A DNA stretch of 64,000 nt from an uncultured Chloroflexia bacterium (GCA_963724295.1 CAVRUC010000005.1:160001-224000); one strand, 5' to 3'; counted from the first letter of the stretch, positions 20,757 through 31,522 are shown. Notes: generated by a model not told the origin, from the sequence alone. Numbers and translations are program-made.

Positions 20757-21874
20757 CGCTGCTGGACCGCTATCACTCGATCGATCGCGCTCGCCGCATC
20801 GAGTCCCAGCTCGACCGATGCGGGTTGAGTCGCCGCTCGCTCGCCATACGGATCGGCGATCCCCTGGCCATCCGCAACCTGTTCGACTAGTGTCTGGGCG
20901 ATCATCGCCGAGCAATACGGCGCGTACTGCGGCGCGTATCCGCCTTCTTGGGTGACGATGAGTCGCCCTTCGCAGCATTCCGCGGCGATCGTCATCATCG
21001 CCTCAGTCATCGCTCGGTATCCGTCCAGCGTCACCGACATCCGCGCCAGCGGATCCATCACGCTCGCGTCCTGCCCGGCCGAGACGATCACCAGGTCGGC
21101 ATCGAACTGCCGGGCGATCGGCATGACGATCCTGGAGAACGCCTCGCCGTAGCCTCGATTTCCTGTACCAGCCGGTAGAGGAATATTGACCGTGAATCCC
21201 TCTCCGTCGCCGATGCCGACTTGATCGGCCGCTCCCCACCCGGGCGGATAGAGGTCGTCCTGGTGTAACGAGATGAACAAGACGCTGGGATCGGCCCAGA
21301 ACGCGGCCTGCGTCCCATTGCCATGATGGACGTCCCAATCGAGGATAAGGACGCGTTCGGCACCGTGCATGCGTTGGGCCTGGCGTGCCGCGACGACCGC
21401 GTTGTTGAAGACGCAGAATCCCATTCCCTCGTCCGCCATGGCATGGTGACCTGGCGGGCGGACCAGGGCATACGCCGCGTTGACGGCACCGGCCATGACG
21501 GCGTCGACCGCGGCGATCGTGCCACCTGCGGCGAGGCGCGCGACGCGATCTCCACCACGCCCGATCGGAGCGCCCGCGCCGGTATCTCCGCCGTCGGTTT
21601 GCGCGATCTCCGTCACCCTCGCGACATGCTCCGGTGTGTGATAGACGGTCAGCTGCTCGTCGGTGGCGAAAACTGGCTCGATACGCCGCATCCGTTCCGC
21701 GATCCCGAACAGATCCATCAGGTGCTTTGCGCGGCCGACGAGGGCCGGGCTCGACGGGTGTGCGACCGGTTCGGCGAAGGGGTACGGGTAGCGGTCCCCG
21801 ATCAGGGCAAGACCGGTGTCATGCGTCAGATAACGGTCGTCGAAGACAAGACCGACGACCCGATCTCGCGGCAC
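20741..21874 (-). CDS. Class II histone deacetylase / acetylpolyamine amidohydrolase family protein
   Basis: RPPGHHA, GFCVFNN, DWDVHHGNGTQ, SAGQD, QEGGY. Confidence 0.92.
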   Translation of the reverse strand: MPRDRVVGLVFDDRYLTHDTGLALIGDRYPYPFAEPVAHPSSPALVGRAKHLMDLFGIAERMRRIEPVFATDEQLTVYHTPEHVARVTEIAQTDGGDTGAGAPIGRGGDRVARLAAGGTIAAVDAVMAGAVNAAYALVRPPGHHAMADEGMGFCVFNNAVVAARQAQRMHGAERVLILDWDVHHGNGTQAAFWADPSVLFISLHQDDLYPPGWGAADQVGIGDGEGFTVNIPLPAGTGNRGYGEAFSRIVMPIARQFDADLVIVSAGQDASVMDPLARMSVTLDGYRAMTEAMMTIAAECCEGRLIVTQEGGYAPQYAPYCSAMIAQTLVEQVADGQGIADPYGERAATQPASVELGLDAASAIDRVIAVQQRYWAL

Positions 21875-21904
21875 GAATCACTCCATCTCGATGAGTACGA
21901 AACG

Positions 21905-22954
21905 CTACAAGGGGCTGACGCTGAGACCCATGCCGTCCATCACGTTCCAGAACGTCATGAACGTCGACCAGTCGTAGTAGTTCGTTCCACCCGTGGCCGG
22001 ATCGGCCACGTAGACGCCGCCGCTGTCGTATCCGTCCGCGACGACGACGTGCAGACCGGACACGAGCTTGTACGGCGTACCGTCGGCGGCGTATTCGTAG
22101 AAACCAGTGTCGCCCCACAGGCCGAGCCAGACGAGGACCGGGGTCCCCTGGTCGAGGCGCGCCGTGAGAGCCGTTGCGTTCCCCTGGGCGTAAAACTCTT
22201 CTCCATAGAAGCCATAGTTCGCCAGGGCGGGAGCCAGCGCGGCGGCGTAGACGCCATAGTCGTCCGTGTTGCCCCACCAGCCGGAAATATCGCCCCGGTA
22301 CCCCCAGTGAGGATTCTCGGACCAACCAACCAGACCATCGAACTCGTACTCGGAGACCCACACGCCGTAGGCGCCCATGGCCATCACCAGCGCCGCATAC
22401 TCACAGCTCAGGTTGCGTTGCTGCGCGTAGGTCGGTACGCCGACTCGCACGGCGTCAGAAGCGCCGGAGTCTGACGTGCTCCAGTTTTGCGCGGCGCCAC
22501 TCGGCCGCGCGATGGCGACGTCCGCGCTGAGCTCAACCATGTCGGGGTTGTCGGCGCAACCCCCGCTGTCGGTGATCGAGACGGGCATGCCGCCCGCGTA
22601 CTCGCCACCGACGAGGACATCCATCCAGGCCTCGTACCCCGGTGCCGCCCAACTCGTGTCCACGGTCAGGTACGCGAGCCCGCTGGCGTCGGTCATGCCC
22701 CAATCAGCCCAGACGACCTCGCCGCCGTGGACCAGATTGACACCGACGGCCACGTCGGGAATGCCTCCGCCTGCTTCGCGCACCTCGACGCTGGCGTCGA
22801 GCCAGCACCCAGCCGCGGGAGTGACGGACCCAAGCGTCGCCCAGCCTCCCACATGAGAGAGATCCGCTGCCTGCGCGGCAGCAGACGGAGCGAAACCGGC
22901 GATTGACGACACCAGCGTAGCCAGGACAGCCAGCACGGCGGCGGCGTTCCGCAC
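21905..22954 (-). CDS. Secreted C39-like (papain-fold) peptidase domain protein
   Basis: Signal peptide; QQRNLSCE (catalytic Cys); LHVVVADGYD...VADP. Confidence 0.8.
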   Translation of the reverse strand: MRNAAAVLAVLATLVSSIAGFAPSAAAQAADLSHVGGWATLGSVTPAAGCWLDASVEVREAGGGIPDVAVGVNLVHGGEVVWADWGMTDASGLAYLTVDTSWAAPGYEAWMDVLVGGEYAGGMPVSITDSGGCADNPDMVELSADVAIARPSGAAQNWSTSDSGASDAVRVGVPTYAQQRNLSCEYAALVMAMGAYGVWVSEYEFDGLVGWSENPHWGYRGDISGWWGNTDDYGVYAAALAPALANYGFYGEEFYAQGNATALTARLDQGTPVLVWLGLWGDTGFYEYAADGTPYKLVSGLHVVVADGYDSGGVYVADPATGGTNYYDWSTFMTFWNVMDGMGLSVSPL

Positions 22955-23149
22955 TTGGTACTCCTCCCTGAACCGGGGCGCTTGCCCTCGCGGCTAGGCA
23001 TGCCCGCGTGCCATCGCGAGGGCCTATTCGGCCCGGAGACTACCACACCAGATGACGTTCGCGACCTGAAAGGTCAGGGTGAACGTACACCCGCGATCGA
23101 GTTTACCAGAGCGCTCGAGCGTCTCCGATTGGTTGGCATGTGGGTCGCT

Positions 23150-23719
23150 CTATTCCGGCTCGAAGCGCTCTTCGCGCCATGGGTCGGCGCTGTTGCTGTA
23201 ACCGAATTCCTCCCAGAAGCCGGGTCGGTCCTCGGCCAGGAACTCGACGCCACGTAGCCACTTCACGCTCTTCCAGGCGTACCGGGCGGGGATGACCGCG
23301 CGCAGCGGAGCACCGTGTTGGGGGGTCAGCGGCTCTCCGTCGTGGTGCGTAGCAACCACCACCCGCGGATCGAGAAAACTCTCGATCGAGAGATTGGCCG
23401 AGTACCCACCCTCGCCGTGAAGCACCACAAAGCGGGCGGAGGAGCTCACACCCACGAGATCACAGAGGTCCCGCGACGACACGCCGGTCCAGGTGTGTCC
23501 GAGCGACGACCAGCGCGTTACACAGTGCAGGTCCCCATCGATCGTCTTCGTCGGTAGCTCTTGCCACTGGTCCCAGGTCCAGGTCTGCTCGGCGTCGACC
23601 AGACCCCAGATCCGAAAATCCCAGGTGTCGGGATCGAATGGAGGGATCTCCCCCTGGTGAAGAACCGGCCAGCGCGTGGCGACCACTTGTCCCGGCGGAA
23701 CCCGATGCGCCAGGCTCAC
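23150..23719 (-). CDS. Sulfite oxidase-like molybdopterin oxidoreductase (start uncertain)
   Basis: RVPPGQ, DLHCVTRWS, HGAPLR, YAWKSVKW, GFWE. Confidence 0.88.
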   Translation of the reverse strand: MSLAHRVPPGQVVATRWPVLHQGEIPPFDPDTWDFRIWGLVDAEQTWTWDQWQELPTKTIDGDLHCVTRWSSLGHTWTGVSSRDLCDLVGVSSSARFVVLHGEGGYSANLSIESFLDPRVVVATHHDGEPLTPQHGAPLRAVIPARYAWKSVKWLRGVEFLAEDRPGFWEEFGYSNSADPWREERFEPE

Positions 23720-23868
23720 TGGGATGATCGGGCGCCGAACCCGGCGAACTGCTCTTGCTCTTAGCGCCACGGACACCTCGATCGCCGTTATCATCGGCCC
23801 GGGTGAGAGACGATTCCGGATGGGAAGTATAAGGATCCCTGCCAGGCCACGACCCACCGCGTCACGCG

Positions 23869-23895
23869 CTGGCAGTGTCGATTGAAGAATGCCAG
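23869..23895 (+). promoter_or_regulatory. CIRCE-like (HrcA) operator upstream of dnaJ
   Basis: CTGGCAGTG-N9-GAATGCCAG versus consensus TTAGCACTC-N9-GAGTGCTAA. Followed by TTGACG-N18-TAGAGT (23903-23932). Confidence 0.6.
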
Positions 23896-24065
23896 AACTC
23901 GGTTGACGCTGGAGATATTGTCAAGGTAGAGTCGCTCGACAGAGAACCCGCCGCGCTGGCGAGCATCCGCTCGTCGGGGTTTCGAGTCCACCACCGCGCT
24001 CTGCGCGGCTCCCCGCGGATTGGTTAGTCTTATGTGGCCGTCCAGGAGGACGGAGTAGGTCGAAC

Positions 24066-25223
24066 ATGTCTCAGGACACCATGGCTGGCAAACGCGACTA
24101 CTATCAAGTTCTGGAGCTCAACAGGTCCGCGTCCGGCGATGACATCCGCCGCTCGTACCGACGCTTGGCCCGGCAATATCACCCCGACCTGAACCCGTCC
24201 GACGAGGCCGAGGAACGCTTCAAGGAGATCAACGAAGCGTACGAGGTCTTGTCCGACGACTCCCGCCGTGCCGCCTACGACCGGTTTGGACACGCCGCGA
24301 GCGGTATGCCCGGTGGATTCGGTGGCGCTGACCCCTTCGGCTTCGGCGGCGCGGCCGGCTCGCCGTTCGCTGACATTTTCGAGACGTTCTTTGGCGCCCC
24401 GGGCACGACGCGACGACAGCGCACACCATCACGCGGCGCCGATATCCAGGTAACCCTGACGATCGAGTTCGAGGAAGCGATCTTCGGTGCGGAGAAGGAC
24501 GTCGAGATCACTCGTCTCGAGGTCTGCGAGAGCTGCGATGGGTCACGCATGCGCGACGGTCAAAAACCGCCCATCTGCTCGGTCTGCAATGGCGCCGGCC
24601 AGGTGCGTCGCGCCCAGCAGACGATCCTCGGTCAGTTCATGACCAGCACGCCCTGTTCGGCCTGCGGCGGTGAGGGCGTTAGCATCACCGATCCCTGCCC
24701 CGACTGCCGGGGTCGCGGTCGCGTTGCCAGGAACCGGACGATTACGGTCTCCATCCCTGGCGGGATCGACGACAACTCCTCGCTTCGGCTGACCGGGCAA
24801 GGCGAGGCCAGCCCGGACGGCGGGCTCGCCGGCAACGCCTACGTGCGCATCATCGTGGCGCCCCACCCGCTCTTCACGCGCAAAGACCGCACGATCTTCC
24901 ATCAGGTACGGGTCAACGTAGCGCAGGCGACCCTTGGCGACGAGCTGGAGGTCGAGACCATCGACGGACCGGTCGCGTTCCGGCTTCCCGAGGGTACTCA
25001 GAGCGGTCAGCAGTTCCGCTTGAAGGGGCGGGGGGCGCCGACGGTCGGTGGTACAGATCGCGGAGACCAGATCGTCACCGTCCAGGTGGTCACGCCGAAG
25101 AAGCTGACCCCGGAGCAGCGCGAGCTCTTCGAGCAACTCGCCGCGTCCCTTGACTCCGAAGTGACGAGGAGTGACGGGGAGCGGACGTTTTTCTCCCGGG
25201 TGAAGGACGCCCTGCGTTACTAG
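24066..25223 (+). CDS. dnaJ: Molecular chaperone DnaJ
   Basis: J domain with HPD, G/F region, four CxxCxG repeats, C-terminal domain. Confidence 0.97.
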   Translation: MSQDTMAGKRDYYQVLELNRSASGDDIRRSYRRLARQYHPDLNPSDEAEERFKEINEAYEVLSDDSRRAAYDRFGHAASGMPGGFGGADPFGFGGAAGSPFADIFETFFGAPGTTRRQRTPSRGADIQVTLTIEFEEAIFGAEKDVEITRLEVCESCDGSRMRDGQKPPICSVCNGAGQVRRAQQTILGQFMTSTPCSACGGEGVSITDPCPDCRGRGRVARNRTITVSIPGGIDDNSSLRLTGQGEASPDGGLAGNAYVRIIVAPHPLFTRKDRTIFHQVRVNVAQATLGDELEVETIDGPVAFRLPEGTQSGQQFRLKGRGAPTVGGTDRGDQIVTVQVVTPKKLTPEQRELFEQLAASLDSEVTRSDGERTFFSRVKDALRY

Positions 25224-25388
25224 CACGACCCACGCCCCCGACGCCGCTGGCGGAGATCCCGGTCCGCGCTTGGGGGGCCTTACGCCGCATGGCTACGACA
25301 AAACGTCGAGAGGACGCTGGTATACTTTCCCCGGCGAAGGCAGACACCATCCCCGCGTCAGCGCGCCGGTCGGATCTGTACTTTCCGT

Positions 25389-25462
25389 TGGCGGGTGGTG
25401 AAATGGTATCACAAGGGTCTTTGGAACCTTTGTTCCAGGTTCGAATCCTGGCCCGCCAGCCA
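25389..25462 (+). tRNA. tRNA-Gln (TTG)
   Basis: TGGCGGG/CCCGCCA acceptor, CT-TTG-GA loop, TTCGAAT T loop, CCA end. Extended -10 TGGTATACT at 25318-25326. Confidence 0.95.
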
Positions 25463-25518
25463 CTTTCCCGTCCAGATTTCGCCCCCTCGCAGACGCGCTA
25501 GGGATTCACACGACCACC

Positions 25519-26937
25519 GTGGGTAACTCACCGCAACGAGACGATCGGGTCGGTCTCATCGTGCTTGCCGCGGGTGCGGGCACCCGCATGCGATCGCTGG
25601 TACCGAAACCACTGCACACCGTCGCGGGCATACCCATGGTCTCGCGCGTGCTCCGTGCCGGCCAGGGCGCGCGCCCGGATGCTGTCGTCCTCGTCGTGGG
25701 ACCTGAGAACGTCGATCTCGCGCAGCGGATCGAATCGGCGACCGACATCATCACCGTCGTCCAGGACCCGCCGCGCGGCACGGGCGATGCGGTGAAATGT
25801 GCTCTCTCGGCGCTGCAGGACGTCGACGTGTTGGTTGTCCTCTATAGCGACCACCCCCTGCTCGAACCGACGACGGTCGGCAAGCTCCTCAGTGGCGTGC
25901 GCGCATCCGGGGCCAAGGTGGCGAACCTGTCGGCCACAGTCCAGGACGCCGCCGGCTACGGCCGTATCGCGCGCGACGGCGATCGGCGACCGGTTGGGGT
26001 CATCGAGCGGCGCGACGATGACGCCGCGATGCGAATCGGTCCGACAGAGATCAATGCCGGGTTGATGGCGCTGGATGCCGATTGGGCGCGGTGGGCGCTG
26101 CATGAGATCCGCCCCAGTGACGCCACGGGCGAGCTCTATCTCACGGACCTGGTCTCGATCGCCGTCGCCGGCGCTCAGGACGGCGAGCCGTGGCCGGTCG
26201 CCGTCGTGGCCGGAGACCCCGATGATGCCCTCGGCGTCAATGACCGCGCCGACCTCGCGCATGCTGAATCACGGGCCTGGGAGCGAAAGCGGCAGCGCCT
26301 CATGCGCGAGGGTGTCACAATGCGGCTACCGGATACTATCGTCGTTGATGAGGACGTACAGATTGGCGGCGACACTGTGATTCTGCCGCACTCTCAACTC
26401 TCCGGGGCAACGGTCGTCGGTTCTGGCTGTGTCATCGGACCCTCCTCGGTCGTTGTCGGTTCCCGGCTCGGCGATCGCGTTATCGTTCGCTCGTCGACGG
26501 TCGAGGACTCGCTCATCGCCGACGACGCCGATGTCGGACCCTATTCGCACGTGCGGGCCGGCAGTGAGATCGGACCGCGGGCTCACGTTGGAAACTTCGC
26601 GGAGATCAAGAACGCTCGCCTCGGGTCGGGAGTCAAGGTGGGGCACTTCAGCTACATCGGCGACGCCGCGGTCGGGGCGGAAACCAACATCGGGGCCGGC
26701 ACCGTCACAGCCAACTTCGACGGCGCGCGAAAGCATCAGACCGCCATCGGGGCGAGGGCCTTTATCGGCAGCGACACGATCCTGCGCGCACCGATCAGCA
26801 TCGGTGACGACGCGCGCACCGGCGCCGGATCAGTCGTCACCAGGGATGTACCCGACGGCGCGACCGTAGTCGGCATGCCGGCGCGGCAGATGCGGCGGGC
26901 GCCGGCCGCGCCCGGCCAGAACGCCAAGGAGGAGTAA
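25519..26937 (+). CDS. glmU: Bifunctional UDP-GlcNAc pyrophosphorylase/acetyltransferase
   Basis: LAAGAGTRMRS..PK, GYGRI, hexapeptide repeats, GNFAEIK, NIGAGT. Confidence 0.96.
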   Translation: MGNSPQRDDRVGLIVLAAGAGTRMRSLVPKPLHTVAGIPMVSRVLRAGQGARPDAVVLVVGPENVDLAQRIESATDIITVVQDPPRGTGDAVKCALSALQDVDVLVVLYSDHPLLEPTTVGKLLSGVRASGAKVANLSATVQDAAGYGRIARDGDRRPVGVIERRDDDAAMRIGPTEINAGLMALDADWARWALHEIRPSDATGELYLTDLVSIAVAGAQDGEPWPVAVVAGDPDDALGVNDRADLAHAESRAWERKRQRLMREGVTMRLPDTIVVDEDVQIGGDTVILPHSQLSGATVVGSGCVIGPSSVVVGSRLGDRVIVRSSTVEDSLIADDADVGPYSHVRAGSEIGPRAHVGNFAEIKNARLGSGVKVGHFSYIGDAAVGAETNIGAGTVTANFDGARKHQTAIGARAFIGSDTILRAPISIGDDARTGAGSVVTRDVPDGATVVGMPARQMRRAPAAPGQNAKEE

Positions 26938-27876
26938 GTGGACGGGCGTCTACAGATCTTCGCCGGAACGTCCCATCCCCGGCTCGCCGCGGAGATCATG
27001 GGTGCCCTGGAGGCTCCGCTTGGCCGCGCCGAAGTCGGCCTGTGGCGCAACGGCGAGACCCGGGTCAAGCTCGAAGAGAACGTCCGCGGCTCCGATGTCT
27101 TCGCCATCCAGTCGATGAGCGCCCCCGTCGATCATCACCTGATGGAGCTGCTCCTCATCATCGACTCTCTGCGCCGCGCGTCGGCGGCTCGCATCACGGC
27201 AGTCATTCCCTATTTCGCCTATGCCAAGCAAGAGAAGAAAACGACTGGTCGCGAGCCAATCTCGGCCAAGTTGGTCGCCAACCTCCTGACCACCGCCGGC
27301 GCCGACCGCATCCTGACGATGGATCTGCACTCGCCGGCCATCGAGGGATTCTTCGACATTCCTGTCGACCACTTGCGCGCCACCCCCATCCTGGCGCGCT
27401 ATATCAACCGACAGGGTCTTCGGGACCTCGCCGTCGTCAGCCCGGACGCGGGCGGCGTCGCTCGCGCTGAAGAGCTACGGGGCCGGACCGGGGGGTCGCT
27501 GGCGATCATCTCGAAGCGGCACCCAGGACCAGATGTGTCCGAGGCGCTGGAGATGGTCGGCGACGTCTGCGGCAAACCCGCCGTCATCGTGGACGACATG
27601 ATTTCGACCGGCGGCACGCTCGCGCTCGCCGCCGAGCTTCTCAAGGAGCGCGGGGCGTCTCCCATCTACGCCGCGGCGACGCATGGCATTTTTGCGCAGG
27701 AGGGTTTGCGGCTCGTCCACGAGTCGCCCATCGACAAGGTCCTGGTCACGGACACGCTTCCCTTGCCCGCAAATGGACCGACCGACAGGGTCGAGATCGT
27801 CTCGGTCGCGCCGCTTCTTGCGGAGGCGGTCACCCGTATTCACAAGGACCTCAGTATTAGCGCCCTCTTCACCTGA
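26938..27876 (+). CDS. prs: Ribose-phosphate pyrophosphokinase
   Basis: DLHSPAIEGFF, VSPDAGG, VDDMISTGGT. Confidence 0.97.
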   Translation: MDGRLQIFAGTSHPRLAAEIMGALEAPLGRAEVGLWRNGETRVKLEENVRGSDVFAIQSMSAPVDHHLMELLLIIDSLRRASAARITAVIPYFAYAKQEKKTTGREPISAKLVANLLTTAGADRILTMDLHSPAIEGFFDIPVDHLRATPILARYINRQGLRDLAVVSPDAGGVARAEELRGRTGGSLAIISKRHPGPDVSEALEMVGDVCGKPAVIVDDMISTGGTLALAAELLKERGASPIYAAATHGIFAQEGLRLVHESPIDKVLVTDTLPLPANGPTDRVEIVSVAPLLAEAVTRIHKDLSISALFT

Positions 27877-27905
27877 GGGGGGCTTGTGGCGGATCTGCGG
27901 GAGGC

Positions 27906-29243
27906 ATGGGTCCCGTGAGCGGCGACAATTGGTCCCTGATCGCGATCGCGATCTTTTCACTCCTGGTGATGGCCGGCGCCGCAACCGTCGAGGCCAGCGC
28001 GGGACTGATTAGCCGCCACCGGTTCCGCCAGGCTGCGACCGGCCCCGGTCGCGAGCGCAGTGTCCACACCCTGCTCGATCCCCGTCGCTCACTCGTCTCC
28101 GCGTTACAGCTCGTGCAGGCGATCGCCATCGCCCTGGCTGCCAGTCTGATTACCTACGTCATCATGCGCGAGGGTGGCCGCGGACCGGTCGTGATCGCCG
28201 TCCTCGTAGCCAGCGCGCTCTTCCTGCTTCTCGGCCAGGCTGTTCCGCGCGCGCTGGCGCGCACGAGACCAAGTGCCACCGCCGGAGCGCTCCTGAGTCT
28301 GGCTCGCTTTGTAGCAATGCTCGTTCGCCCGCTGTCAGCCCTCTCAGACGGCGCGGCCGATCTCTTCACCAGGCTCTTCGGCGGCGAACATCCCGACACC
28401 GTTCCCGCGGGATCCGAAGAGGAGTTGCTGTTCATTACCAGAGATGACAATGATGACGGCGTCATCGAACCCGAAGAACGCAAGATGATCGACAACGTGC
28501 TGCGGCTGGAAGAAACGACTGCCCGCGATATCATGGTCCCGCGCGTCGACATCGTCGCCGTCGCGGAAGATGCCTCGTCGCAGGAGATCCTCGAGGCGAT
28601 CACGGAGAAGGGGCACTCCCGGTTACCGGTGTTTCGGGAGTCAATCGACGAGATCGTGGGCATTCTCTACGCCAAAGATCTCTTGCCGTTCGTGATCGGA
28701 TCGACCCGGACGCTGCCCATCAAGCAGCTCTTGCGGCCTGCCTACGTCGTCCCTGAATCGAAGCGTCTCGACGATCTCCTTGGGGAATTGCGTCGCAACC
28801 GCGTCCACATCGCGGTCGTGGCCGACGAATATGGCGGTACGGCCGGGCTGGTCACCATCGAAGACATCCTGGAAGAGATCGTGGGCGAGATTCAGGACGA
28901 ATACGACGAGGACCTGACGCTCCTCGAGCGAGTGAGCGGCAGCGAGATCATCGTCGATGGCCGCCTCCCGATCGAGGAGATCGAGGAGGCGCTGGGACTC
29001 ACCCTCACCGGCGAGGACGACGGCTACGGCACGGCGGCCGGATTTGTCCATTGGCACCTCGATCGCATGCCCCAGCAGGGCGATCACTTCGACGCGCACG
29101 GGGTCCGAGCCGAGGTGCTCGACGTGGAAAGCAATCGGCTACGACGCCTGCGCTTGACCCGGATCACCGGCGACGATATCGCCCACGAACCTCGAGACCT
29201 AGAATCGCGTGCAGATGCGACGCCACTCCTCCCCGAAGCGTGA
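27906..29243 (+). CDS. Hemolysin/CNNM family CBS-CorC domain membrane protein
   Basis: N-terminal TMs, IMVPRVDI, HSRLPV, DEYGGTAGLVTIEDILEEIVGEIQDEYD. Confidence 0.92.
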   Translation: MGPVSGDNWSLIAIAIFSLLVMAGAATVEASAGLISRHRFRQAATGPGRERSVHTLLDPRRSLVSALQLVQAIAIALAASLITYVIMREGGRGPVVIAVLVASALFLLLGQAVPRALARTRPSATAGALLSLARFVAMLVRPLSALSDGAADLFTRLFGGEHPDTVPAGSEEELLFITRDDNDDGVIEPEERKMIDNVLRLEETTARDIMVPRVDIVAVAEDASSQEILEAITEKGHSRLPVFRESIDEIVGILYAKDLLPFVIGSTRTLPIKQLLRPAYVVPESKRLDDLLGELRRNRVHIAVVADEYGGTAGLVTIEDILEEIVGEIQDEYDEDLTLLERVSGSEIIVDGRLPIEEIEEALGLTLTGEDDGYGTAAGFVHWHLDRMPQQGDHFDAHGVRAEVLDVESNRLRRLRLTRITGDDIAHEPRDLESRADATPLLPEA

Positions 29244-30013
29244 CTGCCGATCGCGGCTGGTTGATTCACCGCTTTGCCAGCGTGGCGAGCACCATGGAGA
29301 CCGCCAGTCAACTCGCCAAGTTCGGCGCACGGGAACGCACGGTCGTGGTCAGTACAGAGCAGACCGCCGGACGCGGTCGCGGTGGGCGGCCGTGGCGGGC
29401 CGCGGCGGGAAGCGCGGTCTTTGCCACCGTCATTCTGCGGCCGCCGATTCCAGCTCACCACCTGTCGACGCTGCCGCTGATCGCGGGAGTAGCCATCGCC
29501 GAGGCAATCGAGCACATTGCTCGTTGCACCGTCTCATTGAAGTGGCCGAATGACGTCTGGCTCGACACGGATGCTGGTTTCGCGAAAGTAGCCGGCGTGC
29601 TGGTCTCAACCAGCCTGCGTGGTGGCGCCGTCGATCACGCGCTGGTTGGTATCGGCATCAACGTGCTGGGCGAAGGCCATGATCTTCCTCTCGGGGCGAC
29701 AACTATTCAAGCGGCCACCGGAGTCATCACGACCCCCGACGAGGTACTCCATGGCACGCTCGTCCGGTTCGCCGGGGCGTACGCGGCCTTTGTCGCGGCG
29801 GACGGACGGCCGTCTCTGGATGGCTGGCTGGCCCGGGCCGCGCTTCTCCGCGAGGTCGTTACTATCGAGGACGCCGGGCGCTCGCGTACGGGGGAATTCA
29901 TCGGAGTCGCGGAAGATGGTGGTCTGCTGCTCCAGGAGCCGGGGCACCCGATTCGCAAGGTGGTCGCGGGTGATCTGGTACGCGGTCCTCGCGCCGCCAG
30001 TCAGCCCGGCTAG
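29240..30013 (+). CDS. birA: Biotin-protein ligase (no HTH domain)
   Basis: QTAGRGRGGRPW, LKWPND, KVAGVL, GIGIN. Confidence 0.92.
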   Translation: MTADRGWLIHRFASVASTMETASQLAKFGARERTVVVSTEQTAGRGRGGRPWRAAAGSAVFATVILRPPIPAHHLSTLPLIAGVAIAEAIEHIARCTVSLKWPNDVWLDTDAGFAKVAGVLVSTSLRGGAVDHALVGIGINVLGEGHDLPLGATTIQAATGVITTPDEVLHGTLVRFAGAYAAFVAADGRPSLDGWLARAALLREVVTIEDAGRSRTGEFIGVAEDGGLLLQEPGHPIRKVVAGDLVRGPRAASQPG

Positions 30014-30473
30014 TTCTCGTCGCGGTCGCTCAGTGTTCCCCGCAGCTGCCGCTCGGCGGTCTGTCCGGGCGGGTGAAAAATGAGATCCATCGCGATCCAG
30101 ACGGTCCGGGAGAAGGGAAAGAACGTCACCGGAAACGCGATGGCGAGCGCCACGGCAATGACCTCCTGCCAAACCAGGGATAGATGTCGCAGATCCGTCT
30201 TGAAGATCAGGAAGATCGCGAGCCCAAGCCGATGAATTCGGCGGCGATCAGGTTCAGGGCATAGGCGCCAAGAAAGTAGCCCTCTTCCCGCTCGAACCGA
30301 ACTCCGCACCTGGGACATCGCTCGCGCAGCGCAAAGTAGCTCTCGTAGATTCCCGGGCTCCCGCAATATGGGCAACGCCGGGTGAGGGCCCTCTGCATGG
30401 TCACCAGGAACCGCTTCCAGGTATCCCGCGGCAAATTCCATAAATCGGTCCGCGGGCCCCGTTCGGCGCTCAC
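30010..30473 (-). CDS. DUF983 family protein (frameshift near 30225)
   Basis: RCPYCG...RCPRCG...REEGYFLGA followed by two TMs and FPFSRTVWIAMD in another frame. Confidence 0.75.
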
Positions 30474-30486
30474 CGTGCCGACCCGG

Positions 30487-31497
30487 TCAGCGCTTAGCGT
30501 TGCGAACTTCGGCGGTCAGCGCGGGAACGACTTCGAAGAGATCGCCGACGATCCCGAACGACGCAATCTTGAAGATCGGCGCGTCCGGATCGCGATTGAT
30601 CGCCACGATGTAATCCGACCCCTGCATCCCCACGTTGTGCTGCACCGCGCCGCTGATACCGACGGCTACGTAGAGGCGCGGCGAGACCGTCCTTCCCGTC
30701 TGTCCAATCTGCTCGTGGTGTGGCCGCCAGCCGGCATCGACGACAGCCCGGGTTGCTCCGACCGCCGCGCCCAACGCTTCCGCAAGCTCCTCGACCATGG
30801 CGAAGTGAGCGGGCTCTTTCAGCCCCCGTCCTCCACTCACGACCACCTCTGCCGAGTCGAGTCGGGACACTCCGGTCCCTTTTGGCGTTGTCTCGAGCAG
30901 GGAAACACGCTGGTCTTCCTGCGTCAGCGCCACGTCGAGCATCTCGACGGCCGGCTCGGTCAGACCCGGCTCCGCCCTGGCAAAGCTTCCGGATCGCACA
31001 GTCGCCATTGCCGGCCCCGGACCGGGAAACGTGATGCGCGTAAGCGCCCGCCCACCGAGCACCGGTCGCGTTGCGGACAGCGCGCCACTCTCAATGGCAA
31101 AGCTCACGCAGTCGGCGGCCAAACCAGCGCCGAGCCGGGCGGCGACCAGTGGCGCGTAATCGCGACCGGCTGTCGTTCCCGGTACCAGGACGACCGCCGG
31201 GTCGACCGCGGCAATGGCCCCTGTCAGCGCCGCCGCGGCCGGCAACGGCATCACACCGCTTAACCCCTCGTCATCCGCGACCAGGACCCTGGCGGCTCCA
31301 CCGCTGGCCCAGGTCCACGCCGCATCGGCGATCCCGGCTCCGATGAACAGCCCGGTGACGTTTCTGCCGCCGAGACCGCTTGCTACCTCTCGCGCCGCGG
31401 TGAGCATTTCCCACGAGATCGGCCTCACTGAACCATCGGCCCCAGCCTCGCCGACGACGAGGACATTCCCGCTTCCCTGCACCACATCCTCCGTCAC
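30487..31497 (-). CDS. etfA: Electron transfer flavoprotein alpha subunit
   Basis: VVSGGRG, QIGQTG, GISGAVQH, AINRDPDAPIF. Confidence 0.95.
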   Translation of the reverse strand: MTEDVVQGSGNVLVVGEAGADGSVRPISWEMLTAAREVASGLGGRNVTGLFIGAGIADAAWTWASGGAARVLVADDEGLSGVMPLPAAAALTGAIAAVDPAVVLVPGTTAGRDYAPLVAARLGAGLAADCVSFAIESGALSATRPVLGGRALTRITFPGPGPAMATVRSGSFARAEPGLTEPAVEMLDVALTQEDQRVSLLETTPKGTGVSRLDSAEVVVSGGRGLKEPAHFAMVEELAEALGAAVGATRAVVDAGWRPHHEQIGQTGRTVSPRLYVAVGISGAVQHNVGMQGSDYIVAINRDPDAPIFKIASFGIVGDLFEVVPALTAEVRNAKR

Positions 31498-31522
31498 CGT
31501 TCGGGCCGGTTGGCACTCCAGA

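Noticed and set aside
400..30230. Frameshifts in proline racemase, recQ, transposase, LLM (two), potA-like, larC and DUF983 as pseudogenes or programmed frameshifts
   Set aside because: They appear to be single-base indels in otherwise intact genes, often at short G/C runs and clustered toward one end of the window. Long-read consensus error is the simplest explanation; this needs read-level confirmation.
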